IMG/VR virus record: IMGVR_UViG_3300022223_000001
Span: 4,805-68,804 of that record
Strand: one strand, 5' to 3'
DNA length: 64,000 nucleotides
DNA from: a virus
Shown one piece after another: positions 37,376 to 48,700 of this stretch; the stretch's first letter is position 1, and each line of letters opens with the position of its first letter. A program made the position numbers and the translations under genes. The notes beneath the pieces were generated by a model. It had not been told where the DNA came from. It saw only the letters and a program-made list of their open reading frames with translations, and made no database searches.

Positions 37376-38703
37376 AGAAGCTCTGGCCGCATCAGGAGCG
37401 CGGGCTCACTGCAATCCGGTCTGAGGTCGAAGGCGGCTGCCGGCGCGTGTTGGCCGTCGCTCCGACCGGCGCGGGCAAAGGCACGATGGCAGCGTCTATG
37501 CTGGCGGATGCCGCTCGAGCGGGACAGCGCTGCCTGCTGCTGGTGCACCGACGCGAGATCGTGAAGGACATCGCCAAGCGTGTGAGCGCCCACGGGGTCG
37601 CCGCTGGGATGATTCTCCCGGGCTCCCCGCAAAAGCCACGAGCGAAGGTGCAAGTCGCGAGCGTTCAGACGCTGGCCCTGGCCGACGAAACGCCGCCGGC
37701 CGAGCTGGTGATTGTTGACGAGGCGCACCACTACGCGGCGGACGAATGGGGCGCCGTGCTCGCGCGGTACCCCGCGGTGACCATGGTGGGATTCACCGCG
37801 ACACCGCAGCGAGGCGACGGCCGCCCGCTTGGCGATGTGTTCGATGGGCTGGTAGTCGTGGCCCACTACAGCGAGCTGATCGAGGAAGGGCTCATCGTGT
37901 CGAGCGCGGTGCTGCGTCCGCCTGCTGCTCTCGGGAAAGACCTGGCCCAGGACCCGGTTGACGCCTATCTGCGCTACGCCCCCGGCACCCCTGCGATGCT
38001 ATTCGTGCGGAGGGTGCGGGAGGCGAAGCGCGCGGCCGAGCGCATGACTGAGGCCGGGCATCCATGCGGGTTCATCACCGCCGAGACATCAACGGGCGAG
38101 CGCGACGAGACGGTTGCGAAGCTGAAGGATGGCAGACTGACGGCGATCGCCAACGTGTTCACAATGACCGAAGGCGTCGACGTCCCTCGGGTTCAGACCA
38201 TCGTGCTCGCGAGGTCGTGCCAGCACGCGAGCACCTACGTGCAGATTTGCGGGCGGGCGCTTCGAGCCGCACCCGGCAAAGAGCGGGCGCTGCTGCTGGA
38301 CCTGTCGGGCGCGAGCTACGCACATGGGATGCCGCACGACGACCGGGTGTACACGTTGGATAGCAGGGGCATGGGTGGCGGCTCCGGCGGGCGCGAAGGT
38401 ACGGGCGAGCGAGACATGTCGCCGGGCGAAGTGCTGGGGGTCGAGCTGGAGCCCGTGGGCGGCGGCGATGCGGCGATGCGGGCCCCCGACCCGAAGCGCG
38501 AGCGGTGGGATGAACTGGCAGTCGAGATCGAGGCGGGGCGCCTGACGATCGCGGCCGGCGTCGATGTGTATCGGCGTGAGTTTGGAGAGCGGCCGGCGTG
38601 GGTGGGCGAGTTGTCGGAAGTGGCGAAGGAAAGAGAGCGGGGGAGAATGACACGGGTGCACCCGCGATTGGCCAGGCTAAAAGAGCAGGAGCTTCTGGGA
38701 TGA
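37372..38703 (+). CDS. DEAH-box SF2 helicase (YejH/Irc3-like)
   Basis: APTGAGKG, VDEAHH, FTATP.R.DG, TEGVDVP, Q.CGR.LR. Confidence 0.92.
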   Translation: MKKLWPHQERGLTAIRSEVEGGCRRVLAVAPTGAGKGTMAASMLADAARAGQRCLLLVHRREIVKDIAKRVSAHGVAAGMILPGSPQKPRAKVQVASVQTLALADETPPAELVIVDEAHHYAADEWGAVLARYPAVTMVGFTATPQRGDGRPLGDVFDGLVVVAHYSELIEEGLIVSSAVLRPPAALGKDLAQDPVDAYLRYAPGTPAMLFVRRVREAKRAAERMTEAGHPCGFITAETSTGERDETVAKLKDGRLTAIANVFTMTEGVDVPRVQTIVLARSCQHASTYVQICGRALRAAPGKERALLLDLSGASYAHGMPHDDRVYTLDSRGMGGGSGGREGTGERDMSPGEVLGVELEPVGGGDAAMRAPDPKRERWDELAVEIEAGRLTIAAGVDVYRREFGERPAWVGELSEVAKERERGRMTRVHPRLARLKEQELLG

Positions 38704-39725
38704 CACTGTCGGACCGTGACCTCGCTTCGATGAATGAGGGCTCCGCTCGATTCAAGGTTGATTTCTACACGTTCCTCCGGGTCCTTGGAGACCATCACGA
38801 CGACTTGACTCAAGGCATGGCGGCCCAGCTTGTTGCTGACCCGTCGACGGCCGCGAGTGCTACGGACATGGCCATGCACATTCGCATGTCAGCGGCGTGG
38901 AAGGTGTGTGGGTACCCTCAGATCGTTGTGTCCGAAAAACTCGCCTATCAGTTTTGCGAAACGCGGATAGGTGAAGACGTCGTGCCAGAAGAGGTTGGGC
39001 TGCCGTGGAGCACGTTCATGCTCCGCTTGCCTTTGGGCCTATTTCGTGACTTCGGGGTCACGAAGGACAAGGGCTGGCATGACCCGGCGTACTACGACTA
39101 CACGATCTTTCACACGAAGCCGGACAGCAGCCAGCTGCTCGTCTACACGGGTACGGAGTGGCTCTTCGCTGGCGGAAGCCCTGCGCACTATCGGAGTGTC
39201 GCGCACATGGCCAGTTCGAGCGCGGAAATGGGGTACATGGATGGTGACGAAGATCGGCCATCAGCACTGGCGCGTGGCTTTCTGTCACCACGGGATGCGG
39301 ACAGGCCCGTGCAAGGGGTTGCGCGGGAATCGGGAGCAAAGCTTCGCCGGTTTCAGCTGTGCTGCGTGCTGGAAATGATGTCTCCGCGACACAGTTCTGG
39401 AGTGGCGCGAATTCGTCGTCGAGGGGCAAAGAAGAAGCGTGGCTTACCGAAGTCGCACACCTACCAGATATCGAGAGACGTGTCCGTGGACCTGCGGGAG
39501 CGCGTACGCCAGGACCTCGGCCTCTGTTCGTCGAACAAAAAGTCCTCTGGTGAGCGGCCCAGGGTCCAATCCCTCGTCCGCGGCCACTGGAAGCGCCAGC
39601 GCTACGGCAAGGGCAACAAGCTCGTGAAGTACATCCACATCGAGCCGTACTGGAAGGGGCCGGAGGATGCTCCCATCGCGGTGCGGTCGCACATCCTGAA
39701 AGGCGGAAACCCGAATGACTGTTGA
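38700..39725 (+). CDS. Hypothetical protein with conserved VRGHW C-terminus
   Basis: VRGHWKRQRYG...IEPYWKGP motif; slightly lower GC. Confidence 0.65.
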   Translation: MTLSDRDLASMNEGSARFKVDFYTFLRVLGDHHDDLTQGMAAQLVADPSTAASATDMAMHIRMSAAWKVCGYPQIVVSEKLAYQFCETRIGEDVVPEEVGLPWSTFMLRLPLGLFRDFGVTKDKGWHDPAYYDYTIFHTKPDSSQLLVYTGTEWLFAGGSPAHYRSVAHMASSSAEMGYMDGDEDRPSALARGFLSPRDADRPVQGVARESGAKLRRFQLCCVLEMMSPRHSSGVARIRRRGAKKKRGLPKSHTYQISRDVSVDLRERVRQDLGLCSSNKKSSGERPRVQSLVRGHWKRQRYGKGNKLVKYIHIEPYWKGPEDAPIAVRSHILKGGNPNDC

Positions 39726-40089
39726 CGTGCTCCAGGTTGTGCCCGCCCCAGAGGGATCCGTGGCTGTATGGTGGGAGGTGGACGAGGAGCTACCGGGTGG
39801 TGGAAGGCTGTGGACGCAGCCGTTTCACTTTCTCGCGCTTGTGCGAGACCGGCCAGAGTCGACGCCGACGAAGTATGACACGCCGCATGGCTACGGTGAC
39901 CGCTTGGTGCCGATGATGCCGGGGCCGAGCTATTGCGATGTCGACGTTGAGTTGGCCCCTGAAGAGATCGACGGCGTGTTTATGGTGCTCCCAGGCAACG
40001 ACTTTGCTGCTGCCAGCGCACGCGCGCGCGAGTTCGCGGAGACAAGAGAGAAGGCGCGCGCGCCCAAAGCAAAGCCCCCCGGCACCTAA
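39715..40089 (+). CDS. Hypothetical protein
   Basis: Overlapping 124-aa ORF. Confidence 0.5.
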   Translation: MTVDVLQVVPAPEGSVAVWWEVDEELPGGGRLWTQPFHFLALVRDRPESTPTKYDTPHGYGDRLVPMMPGPSYCDVDVELAPEEIDGVFMVLPGNDFAAASARAREFAETREKARAPKAKPPGT

Positions 40090-40214
40090 CTGGTACCGAG
40101 GGGCCTCCGGGATCAGCAAGTCGCCCACCTGCTGGATCGGAGAATGAGACAGGTGACCAAACGTGTCAACACGAGCGCGAACGGCGGGCGGCCTGCTCCC
40201 GAGCGGAGGCACGT

Positions 40215-40613
40215 TTGATCCCCGTCGACTCCGACGGCCGCTTCTACTGCGAGCCGCTTCGTTGCCGGCTGTCGAAGGTCAGCTGCAAGGCGCGCTTTCA
40301 GCTGGCCATGGCCGGGAACAAGCGCCACGCCGAGGGTCCGTGCTCGCGCTGCAACGTGGGGCGCTCGCTGAACACGCGCGGCCGGATGCCGAAGAAGTTC
40401 AAGCTGAAGGTGCTGAAGGCGCCGGAGCCGGTTGCCAGCCGCGACAAGGCGTGGGGCTTCGCCAACTGCCTGCAGTGCGGCACGCGCTTCAAGAAGGGGT
40501 CGGGCAACCACCTGTACTTCTGCCGGCGCCGATGCGCCAAGCGCTACTACCGACCGTTCAAGCCGGCGCAGCCGGGGCTGAAGGAGATCGAAACCGTGAT
40601 GGAGGGCTACTGA
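40215..40613 (+). CDS. Basic Zn finger protein
   Basis: CLQCG..F......FC...C motif. Confidence 0.55.
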   Translation: MIPVDSDGRFYCEPLRCRLSKVSCKARFQLAMAGNKRHAEGPCSRCNVGRSLNTRGRMPKKFKLKVLKAPEPVASRDKAWGFANCLQCGTRFKKGSGNHLYFCRRRCAKRYYRPFKPAQPGLKEIETVMEGY

Positions 40614-40614
40614 G

Positions 40615-41886
40615 ATGAAGATCGGAGACTACGAGGTGCACGATGCTGCGAGGCTGTTCCCGTTGATGGTCGGGGCGGAGTTCGAGGCGCTGTGCGACAA
40701 CCTGCGCGATCAAGGCCTGCTTGAGGACATCGTGCTGGTGAAGACCGGCAAGTCCGAGAAGCTGCTCGACGGCCGCAACCGGCTGCGCGCGTGCGAGGCG
40801 ACGGGCATCGAGCCGCGCTTCACCCACTTCGAAGGCAAGGACCCCGTGGCCTACGTGGTGAGCCACAACCTACACCGAAGACACCTCGACGCATCGCAGC
40901 GCGCGATGGTCGCGGCGCGCATCAAGCCGCTGTTCGAGGCCGAGGCCGCGCAGCGCTTGCGCGAGGGCGGCGCCCGTGGCGGAAAGGCGTCCGGTTCGGC
41001 GCCCGGCAAGAATAAGCCTGTGGAAACATTGCCACAGGCTTCCGAGCGTCGCCCTCCAGCGCGCGACCAGGCGGCCCGCCTCGTCAACGTGAGCGGGCGC
41101 ACCGTGCAGAAGGCGCAGAAGGTGATCGAGTACGGCTCCAAGGAACTGGCGGCCGCCGTCGACGCTGGCGTCGTCAACGTCGAGCTGGCCGCCCAGATCG
41201 CCGACAAGCCGAAGGACGAGCAGAAGGAACTCGTGCGCAAGATCGCCGAGAGCCCGGGCAAGAACGCGCGTGCTGTGCTCCGGTCCCACGACCGCGACAC
41301 GGTCGTCGAGCAGATCGAAGCCGAGGCCGTCGAGATGCCCGAGGGCCCCTTCCGCGTGATCCTTGTCGACTTCCCCTGGGCCTACGCCAAGCGCGCCGGC
41401 GACGGCACCCAGCGCGGACAGACACTGTATCCCACGATGCAGCACGACGAGATCGTCGAGTTTGCGCGCGACAAGCTCGCCCCGCTGGCGCACGAGGACG
41501 CGGTGCTGTTTCTCTGCATCACCAACGCGCACCTGGTCCGAGGCGACCACGTCGCAGTGCTCGAGGCCTCCGGCTTCACCGGCAAGACGATGCTCTCGTG
41601 GGACAAGGAGCGCATGGGCACCGGTGACTGGCTGCGCGGGCAGACCGAGCACATCATCATGGCCACGCGCGGCCGCCCGATGGTGAAGCTCACCAACCAG
41701 AGCACCGTGCTGCCGATGATCTCGGAGAAGCGGCGCGAGCACAGCCGCAAGCCCGAGTCGCTCTACGGCTTCATCGAGGAGCTGTGCCCCGGCAACCGGG
41801 TGGAGCTGTTCTCGCGCACCGACCGCCCCGGCTGGACCGCGTGGGGCGCCGAGGCTGGGAGCTTCGAGGCGGAGCTGGGGTTGTGA
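40615..41886 (+). CDS. ParB-N fused to MT-A70-family adenine methyltransferase
   Basis: HDAARLFP...LLDGRNRLRAC...NLHRRHL (ParB-N); DFPW, MGTG.W.R..TEH, HSRKP, ELFSR (MT-A70). Confidence 0.9.
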   Translation: MKIGDYEVHDAARLFPLMVGAEFEALCDNLRDQGLLEDIVLVKTGKSEKLLDGRNRLRACEATGIEPRFTHFEGKDPVAYVVSHNLHRRHLDASQRAMVAARIKPLFEAEAAQRLREGGARGGKASGSAPGKNKPVETLPQASERRPPARDQAARLVNVSGRTVQKAQKVIEYGSKELAAAVDAGVVNVELAAQIADKPKDEQKELVRKIAESPGKNARAVLRSHDRDTVVEQIEAEAVEMPEGPFRVILVDFPWAYAKRAGDGTQRGQTLYPTMQHDEIVEFARDKLAPLAHEDAVLFLCITNAHLVRGDHVAVLEASGFTGKTMLSWDKERMGTGDWLRGQTEHIIMATRGRPMVKLTNQSTVLPMISEKRREHSRKPESLYGFIEELCPGNRVELFSRTDRPGWTAWGAEAGSFEAELGL

Positions 41887-42182
41887 TGGAAGCTCCCAAG
41901 CCAAACCTCGACTCTGCCGTTCAGGACCCGCCGCCGCGCCAGCCCGCCGGCCCCGGCATCCACCTGCGCAAGCCGCGCAACAACCAGGAGCAGCGCATGG
42001 TCGACAAGCTGCTGCGCGCGCTCCGCAACCGCGACAACGCGCTCAAGCAGCTGGCCCAGCTGAACCGGTCCGTGATGCGCCACCATGCGGCGCTGCGCGA
42101 TGCCGGGATGCTCGTGGGGCCGGCGCCGTCGATCGGTGAGGCGGAGGACGGAGAGGGGGTTTTGCCTCCCCCCCGCACGTAG
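41886..42182 (+). CDS. Hypothetical protein
   Basis: TGATG coupling; short coiled coil. Confidence 0.45.
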   Translation: MEAPKPNLDSAVQDPPPRQPAGPGIHLRKPRNNQEQRMVDKLLRALRNRDNALKQLAQLNRSVMRHHAALRDAGMLVGPAPSIGEAEDGEGVLPPPRT

Positions 42183-42183
42183 G

Positions 42184-42669
42184 ATGCCGCGAGCGAAGCC
42201 AAAATCGGCGCCGGGCCGCCCCACGAAGCTGACGTCGGCGCTGCGCAAGAAGTTCGTGCGGGCCGTCAAGTTCAACTACTTCGAGACGGCGGCGGCGCTC
42301 TGCGGCATCGACCCGAGGACCGCCAGGCGCTGGATGAAGCGCGGCTCCGACGAGCTCGAGCGCATCGAGGCGGGCGAGCCGCGCAGCAAGGAGAATGCGG
42401 CCTATGCGCTCTTCTGCGCCGAGGTGCGCGCGGCCGAGGCCAAGGGCGAGTCGGAGATGGTCCGGCGGCTGACGGCGCACGGCAAGGAGCACCCCTCCGC
42501 GGTGATGCAGTACCTCGAGCGCAAGTACCCGAAGCGCTGGGGCAACCGAGTGAAGATCGTGCAGGAGATCGAGGCTGAACTCGACGCGGTGTTCGCCAAG
42601 CTCGAGAAGCACCTGACGCCAGAGGAGTACGCCCGTGCCCTTGCGGCACTCGACGCGCCGGATAGTTAG
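42184..42669 (+). CDS. terS: Terminase small subunit
   Basis: GRPTKLT...AAALCGI...T.RRW...LER.YP..WG; directly precedes terL. Confidence 0.85.
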   Translation: MPRAKPKSAPGRPTKLTSALRKKFVRAVKFNYFETAAALCGIDPRTARRWMKRGSDELERIEAGEPRSKENAAYALFCAEVRAAEAKGESEMVRRLTAHGKEHPSAVMQYLERKYPKRWGNRVKIVQEIEAELDAVFAKLEKHLTPEEYARALAALDAPDS

Positions 42670-44221
42670 GCGCCGGCGTGACGCGATAGCCGGCACCCAG
42701 GCGCTCGACACCGCGGCCCTCGACGAGGAACGCGAGAGGTGCACGCAGAGCTTCGCCGCCTACATCAAGGCGGCGTGGCCGCACGTGGAGCCCAAGCGCC
42801 TGGTATGGGGATGGCACCACGACGCGATCGTGGACCACCTCGAGGCGGTCACGAGCGGCGACATCAAGTATCTGGTGATCAACGTGCCGCCCGGCAGCAC
42901 GAAGACGCTTTCGGTGCAGGTCTTTTGGCCAGCCTGGGAGTGGATCTGCGACCGGCACGCCCGGTCCGACGAGTTCCCCACCGGATTCCGGCCCGACATG
43001 AAGTACCTGTTCGCGACCTACGAGTCGGGCCTCGCGCGCCAAAAGTCGCTGCTGTGCCGCCAGCACATGGAAAGCGATTGGTACCAGTCGCTATTCGCGG
43101 GGCGGTGGCAGCCGAATCGAGCTCAGTGGGGCGTCGAGCTGTTTGGTAACCGCCAGGCCGGCTGGCGGCTCGCCACCAGCGTGGGAGGGCGCGCGACGGG
43201 CACGCACCCGAACCGCCAGATCGTGGACGACCCGACGAAGCCGCAGGACGTGCTGGCGGGCACGGGCAGCTCGACGAAAGTGGCGCTGGCGAACACCCAG
43301 ACCTGGTGGACCCAGACGATGACGACGCGCAAGGCGGACGCCAACACAGCGCGCATCGTGATCATGCAGCGCCTGCACGAGTCCGACCTCGCTGGCCACA
43401 TCATCAAGGAAGGCGACGCCGAGGTGCTGCGAATCCCGATGCACTTCGAGTCGAAGTTCCCATGCCGCACAGTGCTGCGGCGCGCGCCCAGCGGAGAGCC
43501 CGAGAAGACCTGGGAGGACCCGCGCGCCGACGAGGGGCAGCTCATGTGCCCGGAGCTTTTCGACGAGCAGGAGTGCGCCAAGCGCAAGAAGGGTCTCGGA
43601 CCGCAGGGCTATGCGGCGCAGGAGCAGCAGCGCCCGGCGCCGGCGGGCGGTGCGCTCTACAAGCAGCACTACTTCAAGCACTGGACGGCGCGCCCCATCG
43701 GCGGCGTGTGGATCATCGCCGGCGACTGCACGTTCAAGGCGCTCGACACCAGCGACTGGGTGGCGCTGCAGGTCTGGTGCGCGCAGGCGCCGCACTTCTA
43801 CCTGATCGACGAGATCCGGGAGCGCATGGGGGTGCTCGACACGTGCAAGGGGATTCTCACCCTCAAGAGCCGCTACCCGCAGGTGGGCGCGGTCTGCATC
43901 GAGGATGCCGCGAACGGGCCTGCGGTCGTGGAAATCATGAAAAAGCGGGTGCCCGGCATTCGGCTCGTGCCCACAGGTGGCGGCAAGTACGCCCGGGCGA
44001 ACGCCACGAGCGTCTACCACGCATCGGGCAACGTGTTCCTGCCGCCGCTCGAGCGTGCCCCGTGGGTCCAGGACTACATCGAGGAGCACCTGAGCTTTCC
44101 GGTGGGCGCCCACGATGACCGCGTCGATGCGCAGTCACACGCCATCGTCCACCTGTCCGAGGGCATGGCCGACTTCGAGAAGATGCTGGCGACGATGCGC
44201 GAGCTTGGTATCGAGCCGTAG
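42635..44221 (+). CDS. terL: Terminase large subunit
   Basis: INVPPGSTKT, IVDDP.K, IMQRLH..DL.G, IEDAANG, FP.GAHDD.VDA; GAGGAG RBS before GTG. Confidence 0.93.
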   Translation: MPLRHSTRRIVRRRRDAIAGTQALDTAALDEERERCTQSFAAYIKAAWPHVEPKRLVWGWHHDAIVDHLEAVTSGDIKYLVINVPPGSTKTLSVQVFWPAWEWICDRHARSDEFPTGFRPDMKYLFATYESGLARQKSLLCRQHMESDWYQSLFAGRWQPNRAQWGVELFGNRQAGWRLATSVGGRATGTHPNRQIVDDPTKPQDVLAGTGSSTKVALANTQTWWTQTMTTRKADANTARIVIMQRLHESDLAGHIIKEGDAEVLRIPMHFESKFPCRTVLRRAPSGEPEKTWEDPRADEGQLMCPELFDEQECAKRKKGLGPQGYAAQEQQRPAPAGGALYKQHYFKHWTARPIGGVWIIAGDCTFKALDTSDWVALQVWCAQAPHFYLIDEIRERMGVLDTCKGILTLKSRYPQVGAVCIEDAANGPAVVEIMKKRVPGIRLVPTGGGKYARANATSVYHASGNVFLPPLERAPWVQDYIEEHLSFPVGAHDDRVDAQSHAIVHLSEGMADFEKMLATMRELGIEP

Positions 44222-44261
44222 GGCGTGGCTCGGGCGAGGTCAGTTCAATCCGATTGTAGAT

Positions 44262-44287
44262 GGGGCCCGTTCACCGCGTCGTAGGAC
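44262..44287 (+). promoter_or_regulatory. Putative phage late promoter (portal)
   Basis: GGGGCCCGTTCA-N8-TAGGAC-N5-GTG; second box GAGGTCAGTTCA at 44236. Confidence 0.5.
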
Positions 44288-44292
44288 AAGGC

Positions 44293-45750
44293 GTGCTGCT
44301 GAATCTGCTCGATTCCGCCTTCTTGCGCCTCGACGGCTTCGCCAACGCGGTCACCGGGCTCGGCACTGAGACGCTCGACAAGACCATGTCGGCGCTGTTC
44401 CAGCGCGCCGTCCGTCGCCACGATTCCTACTACGAGAGCCTGTACGAGGAGGACCCCTTCGCGCGGAAGGTCTGCGAGAAGCTGCCCGAGGAGATGCTGC
44501 GCAACGGCTTCGACCTCTCGATGGGCGACGAGGAAGATGCGCTTGAGGTCGCCACAGCGGTGCGCGATGAACTCCGGCGGCTGAAGGCGACCGACCGCGT
44601 CAAGTCCGGCCTGGTCTGGGAGCGCGTGCTGGGCGGTTCGGCCGTCCTGATCGGCGTCGACGATGGCGCGAGCGACCCGTCCGAGCCCTTGCGCGAAGAG
44701 AGCATCAGGCGAGTGACCCACCTCAGCGTGGTGGACAAGCCGCGCATCTACGCAAAGACCTGGTACGCCTCCACGCACGAGCGTGCAGGCTGGCCGGAGC
44801 TCTACACGCTGACGCCGTTGGATGGTGGCAGCCCCGTCGATGTGCACGAGACCCGTCTGCTCGTGTTTTCCGGCGGGCGCGTGTCGCACGAGCGCAGGGT
44901 CGCGTTGCAGGGCTGGGGCCATTCGGTGCTCGCCTCGATGCACGAGGTCCTGAGCGACTACTCGATGAGCTGGCGTGGCATCGCGCACATGCTGCAGAGC
45001 GCCAACCAAGACGTCTGGTACATGAAAGACCTCCGTTCGGCGCTGACCAGCGGCACCGACGCTGCGAAAGCCTACTTCGCCGCGCGCTTCCAGCTGGCCC
45101 AGATGCGCCAGGGGCCGAACCGAGCAATCGCACTCGATTCGGACGGCGAGAAGTTCGAGCGCCATGGCTCCACGCTGACCGGCATTCCCGAGACGCTGCA
45201 GCAGATGAACCTGCGCCTGTCGGCCACGGCCGGGATGCCGGTAACCGTCCTATTCGGCATGTCCCCCGCAGGCATGAACGCCACCGGTGAGAGCGACCTG
45301 CAGATGTGGCACGGCAGCGTCAAGGCGCGCCAGCAGGACCAGGCGCAGCCGCACTTCGAGCGCTTGATTGACCTGCTGATGAAGTCCAAGGAAGGCCCGA
45401 CCAAGGGCAAGGTCATCGAAGGCTGGAGCCTGACGTGGCGCCCGCTGCTCGAGATGTCCGACGGTCAGCGCGTCGAGCTGCGGCTCAAGCAGGCGCAGGC
45501 GGACAAGGCGTATATCGACGCCCAGGTGCTGCTGCCCGAGGAGGTCGCCCGTAGCCGCTTCCGGCCGGAGGGCTACAGCATCGAGACCGGCATCGACTTC
45601 GAGGCGCGCGAAGACATCCTCGAGGCGGAGCGGCAGGAGCGCCTCGAGGCAGAGGCGCGGGCCAAGCTCGCATTCCAACAGGCGGGGCAGGGCGATCCCG
45701 AGGATCCCGACGCTGAGGACGAAGACGACCCGCCGCCGGATGACGAGTAG
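44293..45750 (+). CDS. Portal protein (DUF1073 type)
   Basis: RLDG..N..TGLG, ERVLGG, VHETRL, GWG.SVL, GMPVT.LFGMSP.G.NATGESD. Confidence 0.9.
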   Translation: MLLNLLDSAFLRLDGFANAVTGLGTETLDKTMSALFQRAVRRHDSYYESLYEEDPFARKVCEKLPEEMLRNGFDLSMGDEEDALEVATAVRDELRRLKATDRVKSGLVWERVLGGSAVLIGVDDGASDPSEPLREESIRRVTHLSVVDKPRIYAKTWYASTHERAGWPELYTLTPLDGGSPVDVHETRLLVFSGGRVSHERRVALQGWGHSVLASMHEVLSDYSMSWRGIAHMLQSANQDVWYMKDLRSALTSGTDAAKAYFAARFQLAQMRQGPNRAIALDSDGEKFERHGSTLTGIPETLQQMNLRLSATAGMPVTVLFGMSPAGMNATGESDLQMWHGSVKARQQDQAQPHFERLIDLLMKSKEGPTKGKVIEGWSLTWRPLLEMSDGQRVELRLKQAQADKAYIDAQVLLPEEVARSRFRPEGYSIETGIDFEAREDILEAERQERLEAEARAKLAFQQAGQGDPEDPDAEDEDDPPPDDE

Positions 45751-45755
45751 CCGCC

Positions 45756-48700
45756 GTGCCCACGGCTGACCAGATTGCGCAGCTGCGGGTCCGCCGGCTG
45801 GTCTCGGAGGCGGCTGGGCGGCGGGTGAGGCCGCAGGCCAACATCGCGCCCCAGCGTGAGCCTCGCGCTATCCGGATGCGCTACCTGGTGGCTCTGCGCG
45901 GCATCGTCGCGGACATCCAGCGGGCGACCAAGGCGGCGGTCGTCGACAAGCTGCCGGAGCTGTTCGCCCTGCTTCCAGCCGAGCTGAGGCTCGACGCTCC
46001 CCCGGACGATGGCGCGCGCGGACTCATGCTGGAGCTGCGCTCCGACGTCGACGGCATCCTGTCGGACAAGCCGCTGATGACGCTTTCCGAGCGCATCGCC
46101 CGGGACGTGTCGACCTTCAACCGCTCCGAGTTCAGCAAGCAGATGAAGATTGCGATCGGCATCGACCCCTTCGTTGCCGACGCGAACCTGTCCTCCTACG
46201 TCGACGGTTTCGTCGCGGAAAACGTCGCGCTGATCAAGAGCATCGGCTCAGAGCAGCTCGGACGGGTCGAGGGAATCGTGATGCGAGCGCTGCGAAACGG
46301 CACTCGCGTCGAGACCGTGCGCAAGGAGATCCAGCAGAGCTTCGGCCTGTCGAGGAAGCGCGCAGAGCTCATCGCCACCGACCAGGTGAGCAAGCTCAAC
46401 GGGCAGCTCACGCGCTCGCGACAGCAGCAGGTCGGCATCGAGAAGTACCGATGGAGCACCAGCCGCGACGAGCGTGTCCGCCGTCGTCACCGCGAACTCG
46501 AAGGGACCGTCCACAGCTGGAGCCGGCCGCCGGTGGTGGACGCGAAGACGGGACGAAGGGAGCACCCAGGCGGCGACTTTCGCTGCCGATGCGAGGCGAT
46601 TCCGGTGGTCGACGACCTGCTCGAGCAGCTGGGAATCGTGCCGCCGAGCCGACCCTCCCGGCCCGCTCCGAAGCCCGTCAAACGACCGGCGAAGACTGCG
46701 CCGGCGGCACCCGTCCCGTCCGCAGCGTCGCCGAAAGCGCCGCCCGCAACGACACCATCACCGGCTCCCCTGTCGGTGCAGGCCGCGGCGAAACTGCAGC
46801 AAGCGCGGGTCATCGAAGCTGCCAAGCAGGCGCAGGCGGCAGCGGACGCGGCCGCGCTTGAGAAGGCCCGGGCCGCGGTGGTCGTGCAGGCGGAGGCCAA
46901 GCAGGCGGCGCTCGACAAGGTCGCTACGGCGCAGGCCAAGGCCGCAGCCTACAAGGCCGAACTCGATGCGCAGAAGAAGGTGAAGGCTGCAGCAGAAAAG
47001 CAGGCCGCTGTCGAAGCCGCGGCGGCATCGCACAAAACAGCGTTCGAGGCGCTCGCTACGCACGGTGCCGACCCGGAGGTCGCGTTGAAGGCGCTCCTTG
47101 GCATTGCGCAGAAGGAGCCGGAGGCATTCGCGCAGCTCTACAATCTGATCATCAAAGGCGGGAAGGGGCTGTCACCGAAGTACCTGAAGAACCTGCCGAA
47201 ATCGAAGGGCAAGGACGCCAAAAAGATCCTAACCAAGCTTGGGTTCGAGCTCGCACCTCCGAAGCCGAAGTGGGACAAGCCTTATCCGCCCATCGAGCCG
47301 GCTCCGCTACAGCAGTTTTCCTTCCAGGTGGTCGACGGCAGCGGATTCCAGTGGCACGACGTCTACAGCGCGGATGGACAGACCAAGTTCGCGTTCATCA
47401 AGCGGATCGGCGACGAATGGGTGGTCGACCCGCCGGCGGACCTGAAGGCGAAGGGGTGGGACAAGCTGACGTGGCAGGGGACCGACGAGGGAAAGTCCTT
47501 CGCCGTCTCCTACGCGATCGATGTCTCGGAAGCGATCAAGGCCTCCAAGCTGGCGCCCGCGAAGTCTGCGGGGGCGGCGGCATTCACGCCCGCGCCCAAG
47601 GCCATTGGCTGGAGCGGCAAATGGAAGGGGCGGCGCGACGTGAAGGTCGGCGCCGATCCGGCGAAGGATCTTGCGAAGCGGTTCCGGGATGGGCGAAGCG
47701 GTACCGCCGTTGCGGGCGATGGAGAGTGGATCGAGGACTTCAATATCCAGATTCAGCAAGAAATCGTGGACGGTCGGCCCGAGTTCGTCGCGAGGTTCAA
47801 GGTCAACGAACACAAGGGCGCATCCTTTCGGAAGGCGATGGAGACTGCAGGCGGGCGCCCTGCCGCCTTCCAGTTCTCCGGCCTCGATTCGCTCGGCAGT
47901 GAACGGCTGGTGAAGGACCTGTCGAAGCTTCAGGACGCGCCGGGCTCGCACCAGGGACTGCGCGCCGTGGATGTGGAGGGCGCGCTCGTCGAGTTTCAAC
48001 GGGGGGTTGCGCGAGGAAGTCAGGTCTCTGCCATGCACAACGCTGTCGAGGTGCGGCTGCCGATGCCGGACGACCTTCAGGAGGGCTATCGCCACTTCGC
48101 TCGCGTGATGCAAAAGCTGGGTGTGGACGTCACGAAAGGGCCTAACAAACGGGCGATCGACACATGGAAGAAGGCGAAGCTGATGTCGGTCACAGAGGGC
48201 GCGCGCGAGGATCTCGCGGCGCTGAGGTCCCGGGGCCCGCTGAAGGTGAACGAACTGTGGGAACGGCACGCCACCCCCGAGCTGCGGGAGCTGCTGGAGG
48301 ACGTGCAGCTGCGCGAGGTGTCTCCGGGCAAGGTGGCGCCCTACAGTCCCAAGCTGGCTCAGCAGCTCAAGGACAGCGGCGCGACCCATCTGGTGCATCA
48401 CAGCAGCGCCGACGCGGTGGAGCTGCTGGAACAGGTCCTGGTCAAGGACGGCCAGAATGCGCTCCTGTCTAGCCGAGAGCGCTACAACCGGGGCCTATTC
48501 TTCCGCGGCATGTCCACTTCAACGGACTTCGAGACAGGAGGGGCCGACAGCGTTTTCACCAGGATGCGGCGTGGCGCGCCTGAAGCCAGCGCTGGCGTGC
48601 AGTTTGAAATCGACCCGGGCGAGCTGGGGCGCCTGGACGCCTACATGTTCAACAGCGATGAGTTCGGCCGAACGGGGCCGGACCACGTGCGGCGCCGCGA

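Noticed and set aside
44293-45750. Anti-CBASS Acb1 (a label often attached to DUF1073 proteins)
   Set aside because: No HxT phosphoesterase extension is visible; position and motifs indicate a portal
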